A DNA stretch of 64,000 nucleotides from Alphaproteobacteria bacterium (GTDB lineage: Bacteria > Pseudomonadota > Alphaproteobacteria > MPNO01): assembly GCA_963667285.1 (NCBI GenBank), contig OY763326.1:879068-943067 (forward strand), read 5' to 3'. The position numbers and the translations under genes are program-made. Below, one piece after another: positions 18,210 to 27,940 of this stretch. Numbering within the stretch: position 1 is the first letter of the stretch; the number at the start of each line of letters is the position of its first letter. The notes beneath the pieces were generated by a model that was not told the origin of the DNA, did not search any database, and worked only from the letters and a program-made list of their open reading frames with translations.

Positions 18210-19475
18210 TCAGAAGAAGACGAAGGCGCGGACCACGGCGTTCTTGCGACAGGGCGCGTCGGCGGGCGCGGTGGGGTCGATGCAGGCGGTGTGGAAAGAC
18301 CAGCGCGAGACCGAGCCGTCGGCGATGGAGTCGTAGCATTTGAGCATCGAGACTTCGGTCGGCGTCTGCCGGGGGATCCAGTACCACTCGTGGTCGGGCC
18401 GGTAGGTGAAGCGCGTGGTCTCGCCGACGCGGTCGTCGTAGACGCGATAGTTCGTGATGTAGGGCTGGTCGGCGAAAGAGGGCCAGGCGCAGAGCACGAA
18501 GGGGAACTGGCCCACGGTTTCCATCGGCTTGGCGAGGTTGATCGACACGAACCGGCGCGACATCTTCTCGTCGGCCTCCGCCTCGGTGTATTGCTGCTCG
18601 CGCCCGAAATTGCGCAGGTTCTTCGTCAGCAGCTCGCGGCAGCGCACCCGGCCGCTGTTGTCGTTGAGGTCGTTGTGCACGAGGTTGACGTAGCTGGCGT
18701 TCACGCCCGGGTTCCTGGCCTCCTGGTCTTCCGTGCGGTCGCCCTGGTAGTCCTTGTCGAAGATGTCGTGGTTGTAGACCAGCGCATCGGTCGCATCCGG
18801 GAAGAACGCCAGCAGGAGTTCCTCGATCTCCGGATAGAACACGCGCTGCACCTCCGCCGAATCGTAGAAGTTCCCGCATCTGGACTCGAGATGCGCCAGC
18901 GAGACGCCGAGCCGGTCCATGCATTCGGGGCTCTCGACCGACAGGCCGGGGTAGTACTCCCCGATGCGGCGTGCGTCGCGCATCACCTGCGGGAAGTAGA
19001 GGCTGCGCCGCCCGTTATTCTCTTCCGCCTTGCGCAACGCCTCCGCCTCCACCGCGCGCGCCGGGTCACGCCACAGCGCGTTGGACGAAACGATGGAGTA
19101 GGACGGTTGCTCGTGCGCGGTGTATCGCAGCGGGAGCGCCAGGCTGCCTTCGGGGGCCTCGATGCCGTTCGCCCGGATATGCTCCAGGCATTCCTCGTAC
19201 TCGCGGAACCCGGGGCCCCACTCGGTCTCGATGGGGCCGGGCGGCGCGCTCTCGACCCGATCGATGAATGCCTGCACACGCCCCTCGGCGACCTGGTCGA
19301 GCGCCGCCTGGATCGCCGCGGCGGTTCCCGCATCCCCGTCCCGATCGAACGACATGTACGACAGGCCGCCATTCGCCGCGACCGGCGGCGGCTGTCCCTT
19401 GGTGAGTTGCAGCGACGGCACATAGACCGACGCATCGGGCGCAGCCCGGTTCCCGATCGCTTCATGCCCGTCCAT
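18210..19475 (-). CDS. Hypothetical protein, possibly CmcJ/NvfI-family (AsaB-like) non-heme-iron oxygenase fold with an N-terminal extension
   Basis: The C-terminal half has H-x-D (LVHNDLND), an RRFVSINLAKPME segment and a distal SFHTA His, resembling the CmcJ-like family. This is a weak assignment. Confidence 0.3.
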   Translation of the reverse strand: MDGHEAIGNRAAPDASVYVPSLQLTKGQPPPVAANGGLSYMSFDRDGDAGTAAAIQAALDQVAEGRVQAFIDRVESAPPGPIETEWGPGFREYEECLEHIRANGIEAPEGSLALPLRYTAHEQPSYSIVSSNALWRDPARAVEAEALRKAEENNGRRSLYFPQVMRDARRIGEYYPGLSVESPECMDRLGVSLAHLESRCGNFYDSAEVQRVFYPEIEELLLAFFPDATDALVYNHDIFDKDYQGDRTEDQEARNPGVNASYVNLVHNDLNDNSGRVRCRELLTKNLRNFGREQQYTEAEADEKMSRRFVSINLAKPMETVGQFPFVLCAWPSFADQPYITNYRVYDDRVGETTRFTYRPDHEWYWIPRQTPTEVSMLKCYDSIADGSVSRWSFHTACIDPTAPADAPCRKNAVVRAFVFF

Positions 19476-19737
19476 GACATGCCCTCCGGTTAGAGACCGT
19501 TCGTCGCGCCGCGCCAGGATGCGCGGTTTCCAGGACGCGAGCCCGACCGCGACGATTGTAGCGAACCGGTGCGCCAGGTGACAAATGCGTGATCGCGACA
19601 GCACCGCGCCGAGCGCCGGCCCGCCGGCCGCGCTAAGATCGCGCCTCAGGCAGGTCAGGCGGGAGGGGGCTTACGATGACGACAGGCACGATTCTCGCCG
19701 CGCCGCCCCGCGGCGACAGGCCCGGGAGCGACCCGTC

Positions 19738-19968
19738 ATGACGGCCCCGCCCTGGGTAGAGATCCTCGGCATCGTTGCCATCGCGATGATGGTCACGTGC
19801 TACGCTCTCGAGAGACGCGGCACGTTCTTCATCGCGGCCTTCGCGGCCGGCTGCGCCCTCGCCGCGGTCTACGCATACCTGATCGATTCCTATCCCTTCC
19901 TGATCGCCGAGGGTATCTGGGCGGTCGTCGCCGCGCGCCGCTGGCAGGTCGCGCGGCGCCTCGCCTGA
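19738..19968 (+). CDS. Small membrane protein (2 TM)
   Basis: 76 aa, MTAPPWVEILGIVAIAMMVTCYALERRG..., two hydrophobic helices. Divergent from the preceding gene. Confidence 0.45.
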   Translation: MTAPPWVEILGIVAIAMMVTCYALERRGTFFIAAFAAGCALAAVYAYLIDSYPFLIAEGIWAVVAARRWQVARRLA

Positions 19969-20009
19969 CGCCGGTCGGGCGTCGGGGCGGGTCAACCGAA
20001 GGGGCGCCA

Positions 20010-22136
20010 ATGCCGGAGGCTCGGGAAGACGCGGCGGGACCGGCCGGCGAGACCCCGGGACGATGGATCGCCGGGCTCGATATCGGCGGGACCTTCACCG
20101 ACGTCTTCATGATCGAGCCCGCCACGGCGAAAACCCAACGCTTCAAGTCGCTGACCACGCCGCAAGATCCCGCGCGGGGCGCCATCGACGCCCTGCGACA
20201 GGCCTGCCGGGAGACCGGTGCGGCGGTCGACGACCTCGCGATCGTCATGCACGCGACGACGCTGGTCTCGAACGCCCTGATCGAGCGCAAGGGCGTCAGG
20301 ACCGCGCTGGTCGCGACCGCAGGCTTCGCCGATCTGCTGGAGATTGCGCGCGAGAAGAAATACGACATCTACGATCTCGGCCTGGAAAAACCGCAGCCGC
20401 TGGTGCCGAGGGACGCGTGCTACGAGCTTGCGGAGCGGATCGACGCCGATGGCTCGGTCGTCGAGCCGCTGGACGAAGCGGCGGCGAGCGCGCTGATCGG
20501 GGAGATCGCCCGAAGCGGGGCACAGGCGGTCGCGGTCTGCCTGCTCCATTCCTACGCCAACCCGCGGCATGAGCGTCGTTTCGGCGAACTCCTTGCCACG
20601 CACCTGCCCGGCGTCGCGTGCTCGCTCTCTTCGGACGTCCTGCCGGAGATGCGGGAATACGAGCGCGCCACCACCACGTCCGCGAATGCCTACGTCCTGC
20701 CCCTGGTCGAACGGTATCTCGCACGGATCGAGGAAGGGCTCGCGGCCCGGCTCTTCGTGATGCTGTCCAGCGGCGGAATCACCACCCCGGATATCGCCCG
20801 GAAATTCCCCGTCCGGCTGTGCGAGTCGGGCCCGGCGGCGGGGGCCGTCATGGCGGCCGAGGCGGGCCGCGTTCTCGCCGCCCCCCACATACTGTCCTTC
20901 GACATGGGCGGGACGACGGCCAAGACCTGCCTCATCGAAAACGGCTCCCCCGTCGTGACCACCGAGTTCGAGGTGGCCCGCCACCACCGCTTCAAGAAAG
21001 GCAGCGGGCTGCCGCTGCGCCTGCCGGTCGTCGACATGATCGAGATCGGTGCCGGCGGCGGCTCCATCGCGAGGGTCGACGATCTGGGCCTGCTCAAGGT
21101 CGGGCCCCAAAGCGCCGGCGCCGACCCGGGCCCCGCCTGCTACGGGCGCGGCGGAACCATGCCCACGGTCACGGACGCGGACCTCGTGCTGGGCTATCTC
21201 GCCCCGGACGCGTTTCTCGGCGGCGCCATGGCGCTCGACCGGGAGAAGGCGCATTCCGCGATCGACGATCGCGTCGCCGGGCCGCTGGGTCTCACGGTCG
21301 AGGAGGCGGCGCTCGGGATCCACGCCGTGGTGGACGAGATGATGGCGAACGCCGCGCGGATACATATCGGCGAGCGCGGGCTGGACCCGGCGAGCCATGT
21401 GCTCGTCGCCTTCGGCGGCGCCGGCCCGGTCCACGCGGGCGGCGTCGCGCGGCGGCTCGGCATCGGCAGCTTCGTCGTGCCCGGGTCCGCCGGGGTGGGC
21501 TCGGCGCTCGGGCTGCTGCTGGCGCCCCGCGCCTACCGCCTGTCGCGAACGTCGATCGGGACCGTCGACGCGATCGACTGGACGGCGGTCGAACGGGCCT
21601 TCCGGGAGATGGCCGGGGAAGCGACGGAAGTGCTGAAGCGCGCCGGCGTGGCGGCGGCGGAGATGGCCTTCACGCGAATCGCCGAGATGCGGTATTTGGG
21701 GCAGCGCAAGGAGCTGGCTGTCCGACTCCCCGACGGCAGGCTCGGCGCGGACCGGATGGACGCGATCCGGCGCGCCTTCGAGGTGGAGTACGAACGGGTC
21801 TACCGGCGCATCCATGCCGGGCACCCGGTCGAAACGCGCACATTGCGCCTCGTCGCCGAGGGGGCGCCGGTCGTCGGGTCCGTCCCGGTCCCGCCGGCGG
21901 GCGCGGCCGGGGCCAGGCCGCGCCGGCGAACGATCTGGCTGGAGGGGTCGGATGCTCCGTCCGCCGCGCGGGTCTGGCGGTGCGACGAGGTTCCGGCCGG
22001 CCGCCGCATCCGCGGTCCGGCGATAGTCGAGGATATCCACACCACGATCGTCGTCGACCAGGGGTCGGTGGCTTCGTTCGACACCGGCCGCAATCTCGTC
22101 GTCGAGCTCGGGGGAGGCGGCGATGGCCCGGCGTGA
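20010..22136 (+). CDS. hyuA: Hydantoinase/oxoprolinase family, A subunit (HyuA-like)
   Basis: N-terminus RWIAGLDIGGTFTDVF (ASKHA ATPase fold of HyuA). About 700 aa. 14-bp overlap with hyuB. Confidence 0.85.
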   Translation: MPEAREDAAGPAGETPGRWIAGLDIGGTFTDVFMIEPATAKTQRFKSLTTPQDPARGAIDALRQACRETGAAVDDLAIVMHATTLVSNALIERKGVRTALVATAGFADLLEIAREKKYDIYDLGLEKPQPLVPRDACYELAERIDADGSVVEPLDEAAASALIGEIARSGAQAVAVCLLHSYANPRHERRFGELLATHLPGVACSLSSDVLPEMREYERATTTSANAYVLPLVERYLARIEEGLAARLFVMLSSGGITTPDIARKFPVRLCESGPAAGAVMAAEAGRVLAAPHILSFDMGGTTAKTCLIENGSPVVTTEFEVARHHRFKKGSGLPLRLPVVDMIEIGAGGGSIARVDDLGLLKVGPQSAGADPGPACYGRGGTMPTVTDADLVLGYLAPDAFLGGAMALDREKAHSAIDDRVAGPLGLTVEEAALGIHAVVDEMMANAARIHIGERGLDPASHVLVAFGGAGPVHAGGVARRLGIGSFVVPGSAGVGSALGLLLAPRAYRLSRTSIGTVDAIDWTAVERAFREMAGEATEVLKRAGVAAAEMAFTRIAEMRYLGQRKELAVRLPDGRLGADRMDAIRRAFEVEYERVYRRIHAGHPVETRTLRLVAEGAPVVGSVPVPPAGAAGARPRRRTIWLEGSDAPSAARVWRCDEVPAGRRIRGPAIVEDIHTTIVVDQGSVASFDTGRNLVVELGGGGDGPA

Positions 22137-23712
22137 CGGAAGGCTCGACCCGGTGCGGATCGAGCTGTGCTGGAACCGCCTGGTCTCGATCGCCAGCGAA
22201 CAGGCCGCGACCATGGTCAACAGCGCCTTTTCCACCGTCCTCGGCGAGATGGAAGACCTGTCGGCGGCGGTGTTCGATGCCCGGGGCGTCATGCTGGCGC
22301 AGTCCGTGCAGGGCGCGCCGGGACATCTCGGAACGCTGAGCATCGGCATGGACCACATCGTCGATGCGGTCGGACCGGCGGGCTTCGGGGCGGGCGACGT
22401 CTTCATCACCAACGACCCGTGGCTGGTCTCGGGGCACAAGCACGACATCACCGTCGTCACCCCGGTCCACCGCGGCCGCGATCTCGTCGGGTTCACCGCA
22501 AGCAATTGCCACACCGTCGATATCGGCGGGCGAATCTTCTCGGCGGCGGCGGAGGCGGTCTATGAGGAGGGGCTCCAGATCCCGATCATGAAGCTGTTCG
22601 ACGCCGGCGAGCCCAACGACACGCTGTTCCGCATCATCGAGGACAACGTGCGGTCTCCCGAGCTGGTGCTCGGCGACCTGGCCGCGCAGGTTTCGGCAAA
22701 TCACGTCGCGGGGGACCGGCTGCGCGCCCTCATGGATCTGGAGGGCCTTGCCGATCTCTCGGGAATCGCCGACGAGATCACCGCCCGCACGGAACGGAAG
22801 ATGCGCCAGGCGATCGCGGCGCTTCCCGACGGGACCTATCGCGGCCGGGTCATGCTCGACGGCTTCGGCGAGCCGCTGACGATCGCCGTCGCCATCGCGG
22901 TGGCGGACGACGAGGTCGAGGTTGATTTCGCGGGGACCTCTCCGCAGATCGCAAAGGGCGTCAACTGCGTCCTGAACTACACCAAGGCCTTCGTGTTCTA
23001 CGCGCTCAAATGCGCGCTGAGCCCCGACATCCCGAACAACGACGGCACGCTGCGCCCGATCCGGGTGAGCGCGCCCGAGGGGTCCATTCTGAACGCCCGC
23101 CATCCGGCTCCGGTCGGCGGGCGCCATCTGGTGGGGCTGTTCGTTCCCTTCGCGATCTTCGATGCCCTGGCCCCGGCGATCCCGGACCGCATCGTCGCCG
23201 AAAGCTCGGTCCTCGGCGCGGTCACGCTCGCCGGCGAGGGAGATGACGACGCGCCATACGTGTTCACGTTCTTCTGCTCGGGCGGGATGGGCGCGCGGGC
23301 GGACCGGGACGGGCTCGACGCGACCGCCTTCCCGAGCAACGTCGCCAACGCTCCGGTCGAGGTGATCGAACAGGTCGCGCCGATACGCTTCACCGGGCGC
23401 GCGCTGATCCCGGACTCTCCGGGCGCCGGCAGGTTCCGCGGCGGGGCGGGACAGCGCATCGGGCTCACATTGCGCAGCCGGAATGCGGCGACGGTCTCGA
23501 CCATGTTCGAGCGCGCGCACTTCCCGCCTCGCGGTGTGCAGGGCGGCGGCGATGGCGGGCCGACGCGGCTCAGCCTCGACGGCAGACCGATCGACCCCAA
23601 GCGGGGTTTTCGCCTGGAACCCGGATCGGAGTTCGTGATCGAGACCCCGGGCGGCGGCGGCTACGGGCCGGCCGGCCGCCGGGAGCCGCGGGGCGCCGGC
23701 GGGTCCGGTTGA
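22123..23712 (+). CDS. hyuB: Hydantoinase/oxoprolinase family, B subunit (HyuB-like)
   Basis: N-terminus DPVRIELCWNRLVSIASEQAATMVNSAFS is typical of HyuB. 529 aa. Confidence 0.85.
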   Translation: MARRDGRLDPVRIELCWNRLVSIASEQAATMVNSAFSTVLGEMEDLSAAVFDARGVMLAQSVQGAPGHLGTLSIGMDHIVDAVGPAGFGAGDVFITNDPWLVSGHKHDITVVTPVHRGRDLVGFTASNCHTVDIGGRIFSAAAEAVYEEGLQIPIMKLFDAGEPNDTLFRIIEDNVRSPELVLGDLAAQVSANHVAGDRLRALMDLEGLADLSGIADEITARTERKMRQAIAALPDGTYRGRVMLDGFGEPLTIAVAIAVADDEVEVDFAGTSPQIAKGVNCVLNYTKAFVFYALKCALSPDIPNNDGTLRPIRVSAPEGSILNARHPAPVGGRHLVGLFVPFAIFDALAPAIPDRIVAESSVLGAVTLAGEGDDDAPYVFTFFCSGGMGARADRDGLDATAFPSNVANAPVEVIEQVAPIRFTGRALIPDSPGAGRFRGGAGQRIGLTLRSRNAATVSTMFERAHFPPRGVQGGGDGGPTRLSLDGRPIDPKRGFRLEPGSEFVIETPGGGGYGPAGRREPRGAGGSG

Positions 23713-23783
23713 AGCGGTACCGCCCGCTGGTATCATCGGTGCGCGGCAGGAGCGTCGAGCGGACGACCCACGGGAGAACGGGA

Positions 23784-24923
23784 ATGGAGGACCCTCGACC
23801 GGCCGGCGTCGAACTCGACAGCCGGTGGCCGCGCTACGATCGGGCCGCTCTCGGATTCCGCCATTACTGGTACCCGGTGCTGGAGTCGCGAAAGCTCCGC
23901 AAGCGTCCCCGCCCGCTGACGCTTCTGGGCGAGAAGATCGTCCTGGTCCGCGATCGCGGCAGGGCCTACGCGCTCGGCGACCGCTGTCCTCACCGCGGCG
24001 TTCCGCTTTCCATGGGACGGCGCGAATTTCCCGGTAGGCTCACCTGCTGCTATCACGGGTGGACCTTCGACCTGGCCAGTGGCGAGCTGGTTGCCGCGCT
24101 GACCGACGGGCCGGATTCGCCGGTCTGCGGCGACCCGCGGCTGAGAGTGCGGACCTACCCGGTCGAGGAACGGGCCGGGCTGATCTGGATATATGTCGGC
24201 GACGAGCCGCGGCCGCCGGTCGACGACGACATTCCGGCGTCCCTGCTGCGAGCCGACGCGGTGGTCGAGCCGATGGTCGATCTGCGCGACGGCAACTGGC
24301 GCTACGCGATGGAGAACGCGGTCGACGACGCCCATGCCAAGTGTCTGCACCGCTACAATCTGTGGTTTTTCTTCACCAGGCTTCCGGGTTACGGGACCGG
24401 AGCGCGCATGGCGACGTCGGAGGACGGCAAATGGCTCCGCCGCGAGAGCACGCCCGAGTTCCGCCCGGCCGACTATCCGGGCGTCGGCACCTGGCCGAGA
24501 CACGATTTCTGGCGCTGGCGCGGCGGTCGCCCGAAGGCCGGCAAGGGCACCGGCAGCAACATCCTCGGGGGCGCGTGCCTGCCCGGGATCTTTTCCGTCG
24601 GCCATGAGAGCTGGGAGGATTTCCAGATCTTCGTGCCGGTCGACGAGGACCGCCACCTGATGCTTCAGGTGTCGGTGCGCCACACCGCGGGGCTGGGGGC
24701 CTGGCTGTGGCGGCTGCGCTACTGGACCTATATCCGGCTCATCCATCACATCATGTTCAACCGCTGGGAGGACGGACGGGTGGTCCCGGCGATGAGCGAG
24801 CCCGAGCATCTGTTCCGGCCCGATATGGCGGTCGTCCACTGGCGGCGATGGTGCCACGAGAACGCCCGGCGCTCGCCCGCAGAGCCGGCCGGGGCTGCAC
24901 CCGCGGAGCGCCAGGCAGGTTGA
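23784..24923 (+). CDS. Rieske [2Fe-2S] non-heme-iron oxygenase, alpha subunit (alpha-only type)
   Basis: Rieske motif CPHRG...CCYHGW. Catalytic-domain His/Asp region DAVVEPMVDLRDGNWRYAMENAVDDAHAKCLH. No beta-subunit or reductase gene adjacent. Confidence 0.8.
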   Translation: MEDPRPAGVELDSRWPRYDRAALGFRHYWYPVLESRKLRKRPRPLTLLGEKIVLVRDRGRAYALGDRCPHRGVPLSMGRREFPGRLTCCYHGWTFDLASGELVAALTDGPDSPVCGDPRLRVRTYPVEERAGLIWIYVGDEPRPPVDDDIPASLLRADAVVEPMVDLRDGNWRYAMENAVDDAHAKCLHRYNLWFFFTRLPGYGTGARMATSEDGKWLRRESTPEFRPADYPGVGTWPRHDFWRWRGGRPKAGKGTGSNILGGACLPGIFSVGHESWEDFQIFVPVDEDRHLMLQVSVRHTAGLGAWLWRLRYWTYIRLIHHIMFNRWEDGRVVPAMSEPEHLFRPDMAVVHWRRWCHENARRSPAEPAGAAPAERQAG

Positions 24924-25780
24924 GAGTCGTGGTAACCGGAGGATCCGGGAAGGCGGGCCGGCCGCTGGTCGAAGAGCTGGCCTCGGACGGCGCCGGAAGA
25001 TCGCGCCATGAGGTGCTGGTCTTCGACAGGGCGCCGATGCCCGAACGGCAGGGGGCGCGCTATCTCGCGGGCGACGTCGAGGATCTCGGGCAGGTCCATG
25101 GCGCGCTGGCCGGTGCCGACGCGGTCATCCATCTCGCCGGCATCCACACCCACGGCATCGCGGCGAACGAGAAGACCTTCCGGGTCAACGCAATGGGCAC
25201 GTTCAACGTGCATGAAGCGGCCTGGCGGCTCGGCATCCGGCGCGTGGTCACGATGAGCAGCGAGGCGGTGCTGGGCTGGGCGCCGGGGTCGTGGGAGAGA
25301 GAGCACGTCCCCGCGTATTTGCCGCTCGACGAGGACCACCCGGTCGGCGCGCAGGACGCCTATGGCCTCTCGAAGGTGGCCTGCGAAGCGATCGCCCGGT
25401 CCTACACCGCCAAGTGCGGCATGGTTACGGTCGTCCTGCGGCCGCCCTGGATCGTCTCGCCGGAGGAGCTGGACGGCCTGCGCGACACTGGCGGCGTGAC
25501 TCCGGCGCGGTTCGGCCTCTTCCACTACATCGACTCCCGCGATCTTGCGGCGGCGTGCCGCGCGGCGATCGAACGGCCCCTGGCGGGGTCCCATACGCTG
25601 TTCGTCGGATCGGAAGAAACCACCGTGGCGGAGCCCCTGTGCTCGCTCTATCCCAGGCTGATGCCGGCGCTCGGCGACAAGGCGGAGTCCCTCACCGGCG
25701 CGCGCGGGCCGGTCTCGACGGAGCGCGCGCGGATGCTCCTCGACTGGACGCCCACGCGCTCCTGGCGGCAGGAGCGCTGA
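24920..25780 (+). CDS. NAD-dependent epimerase/dehydratase (extended SDR) family protein
   Basis: VVVTGGSGKAGRPL Rossmann motif. YGLSK active-site Tyr/Lys. TTG/GTG start overlapping the upstream stop. Confidence 0.75.
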   Translation: MRVVVTGGSGKAGRPLVEELASDGAGRSRHEVLVFDRAPMPERQGARYLAGDVEDLGQVHGALAGADAVIHLAGIHTHGIAANEKTFRVNAMGTFNVHEAAWRLGIRRVVTMSSEAVLGWAPGSWEREHVPAYLPLDEDHPVGAQDAYGLSKVACEAIARSYTAKCGMVTVVLRPPWIVSPEELDGLRDTGGVTPARFGLFHYIDSRDLAAACRAAIERPLAGSHTLFVGSEETTVAEPLCSLYPRLMPALGDKAESLTGARGPVSTERARMLLDWTPTRSWRQER

Positions 25781-25901
25781 TCCGGGGATCGCGCCCGTCC
25801 CTCGCGGAACCTGGTGAGAAATGCGGGCTTGCCGGTCGGACGGGTGTGGACGGGCGGGTCGGGATCGTGCTTGCATTCGATGACGGGAGCGGGAGGTACG
25901 G

Positions 25902-26900
25902 ATGGCCACGTCTCTATTCGTCGCGACGGGGAACGGGGTCTTCCTCGCGGAGCCGAACGGCGCCGGCCGCGAGACCCGGCCTCTGGGGCTGCAAGGCAAG
26001 GGCATGGTGCGCTGGATCCTGGCCGACCCGTCTTGCGCCGGGCGGGTGTGGGCGGCGACGGAGCGCTCGGGCGTCTGGCGGACCGATGACGGCGGTGCGA
26101 CCTGGACGGAGAAGAACGAGGGGCTGGTCTACAAGCACACCCTGTCGCTCGCCCTTCATCCGGCGACCGGCACGCTCTATGCCGGCACGGAGCCCGCCTG
26201 CATCTTCAGATCGAGCGATGCCGGGGACAGCTGGGTCGAGCTCGAGACCCTGCGGCGACTCGGGACGCGCAAGGACTGGACCTTCCCGGGGCCGCCCTAT
26301 GTCGCCCATGTGCGCGGCATCGGGCTGTCGCCATCCGACCCCGAAATCATCTTCGGCGCGGTCGAGGAGGGTTGGCTGGTGCGCTCGCGCGACGGCGGCG
26401 AGAGCTGGGTCAACATCAAGGACGGCACCGAGTTCGACTCGCACACCGTCACCGTGCTTCCGGATGGCGAAACCGTGATCTCGGCGTCGGGCAAGGGCCT
26501 GTACCGGAGCACCGACGGAGGCGAGACATTTGCCGCCGCCTATGCCGGGATCGCACACCCCTATCTGATAAACGTCGCGGTTCATCCCGGCCGGCCCGAC
26601 ATGCTGTTCACCGCCGGCGCGGAGGTGCCGCCGCCGGGCTGGCGTCGGCCGGAAGGCGCCGGGGCGGGGTTCTACCGGAGCGAGGACGGCGGGGAGAGCT
26701 GGTCCCGCCTGACCGGCGGGCTGCCGGAGCGCATCGGGCCGGCGCCGCGCTCGATCGCGATCGACCCCGCGTCGCCCGAGACCGTGTTCGTCGGGCTCAA
26801 CGACGGCGAAATCTGGGCCAGCCGGGACGGTGGGGAGGCGTTCGACCGTATCGTCGCCGGCCTGCCCCCCGTGCTGGGGATCGCACCGGTCCCCGCCTGA
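25902..26900 (+). CDS. BNR/Asp-box repeat protein (paralog of 16989-18131)
   Basis: Asp-boxes TDDGGATW, SSDAGDSW, SRDGGESW, STDGGETF, SEDGGESW, SRDGGEAF. Same domain order as its paralog. Confidence 0.65.
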   Translation: MATSLFVATGNGVFLAEPNGAGRETRPLGLQGKGMVRWILADPSCAGRVWAATERSGVWRTDDGGATWTEKNEGLVYKHTLSLALHPATGTLYAGTEPACIFRSSDAGDSWVELETLRRLGTRKDWTFPGPPYVAHVRGIGLSPSDPEIIFGAVEEGWLVRSRDGGESWVNIKDGTEFDSHTVTVLPDGETVISASGKGLYRSTDGGETFAAAYAGIAHPYLINVAVHPGRPDMLFTAGAEVPPPGWRRPEGAGAGFYRSEDGGESWSRLTGGLPERIGPAPRSIAIDPASPETVFVGLNDGEIWASRDGGEAFDRIVAGLPPVLGIAPVPA

Positions 26901-26907
26901 ACCCGAC

Positions 26908-27861
26908 ATGGGCGGAGCGGAAAGGCGGGACAGCTTCGACGGCATCGCCATCTTCGTCCGCGTGGCGCAAAGCGCCAGCTTCTCGGAAGCGGCGCGCCAT
27001 CTCGGCTTGTCGGCATCCGGTGTCAGCCGGGCGATCGCGCGGCTCGAATCGAGGCTCGGAACCCGGCTGGTCGACCGGACGACGCGGCGCCTGTCGCTGA
27101 CCGCCGAGGGCGGCGCCTATTTCGAGCGGTGCCGGCACATCCTCGCCGAACTCGAAGCCGCCGAGAACGCCCTGGCCGAGGCGCGCGGCGTGCCGCGAGG
27201 ACCTCTGCGGATCCAGGTGCCGCGCGGATTCGGCCGCACGGTGGTCGTGCCGGCGCTCGCCGGTTTCCTTTCGCGCCACCCCGAGGTGACCGTCGACGTT
27301 ACCGTCAACGACGGCGCCATCGATCCGAGCGAAGAAGGGGTGGACGCCTCCTTCATTCTGGGCGAGCCGGCGACCGGCCGCTTTGTCGCCCGCAGGATCT
27401 GCACCATCGGCTATGCCGTCTGTGCCGCGCCCGGCTACCTCGAGGCTCATGGCAGGCCGATGGGCCTCGACGATCTGGCCCGGCACCGATGTCTCAACTA
27501 CCTCCGTCCGCGTTCCGGGCGCCGACGCGACTGGACGCTGTGCAGCCACGGCAAGGAAGTCTCGGTGCCGGTCGCGTCGGTGCTCGACGCCAACGATATC
27601 CAGGCAGTTCACCAGGCGGCCCTGTCGGGTGCCGGGCTCGCCTATCTGATGGATTTCCTGATCGCGGGCGACGTTGCGGCCGGACGGCTGGAAATCGTCC
27701 TGCCGGGCCATGTCCTGCGTGGCGTACCGGTGTTCCTGTGCTATCCGCGGAACCCGCATCGCACGCCGCGCCTGACCGCCTTCGTCGACTATCTCGGCGA
27801 GACCCTGCCCGCCGGCGCGGACTGGTCGATCGACCGGCTGGTCGGCTCGACTATTGACTGA
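26908..27861 (+). CDS. LysR-family transcriptional regulator
   Basis: N-terminal wHTH FDGIAIFVRVAQSASFSEAARHLGLSASGVSRAIARLE. LysR substrate-binding domain. About 317 aa. Confidence 0.85.
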   Translation: MGGAERRDSFDGIAIFVRVAQSASFSEAARHLGLSASGVSRAIARLESRLGTRLVDRTTRRLSLTAEGGAYFERCRHILAELEAAENALAEARGVPRGPLRIQVPRGFGRTVVVPALAGFLSRHPEVTVDVTVNDGAIDPSEEGVDASFILGEPATGRFVARRICTIGYAVCAAPGYLEAHGRPMGLDDLARHRCLNYLRPRSGRRRDWTLCSHGKEVSVPVASVLDANDIQAVHQAALSGAGLAYLMDFLIAGDVAAGRLEIVLPGHVLRGVPVFLCYPRNPHRTPRLTAFVDYLGETLPAGADWSIDRLVGSTID

Positions 27862-27940
27862 GTATCAAAGCAGTTTCTCCCATTTGGACCTTTGAGGCAT
27901 CAATAGCGAGCGCTACCATCGGCCCGCATCGCATTGCCAT

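Noticed and set aside
19992-23736. 840-aa and 688-aa minus-strand ORFs antisense to hyuA/hyuB, and the 20618-22339 (+) alternate frame
   Set aside because: Low-complexity Arg/Pro/Gly translations. hyuA and hyuB have diagnostic N-termini and a typical 14-bp coupling overlap.
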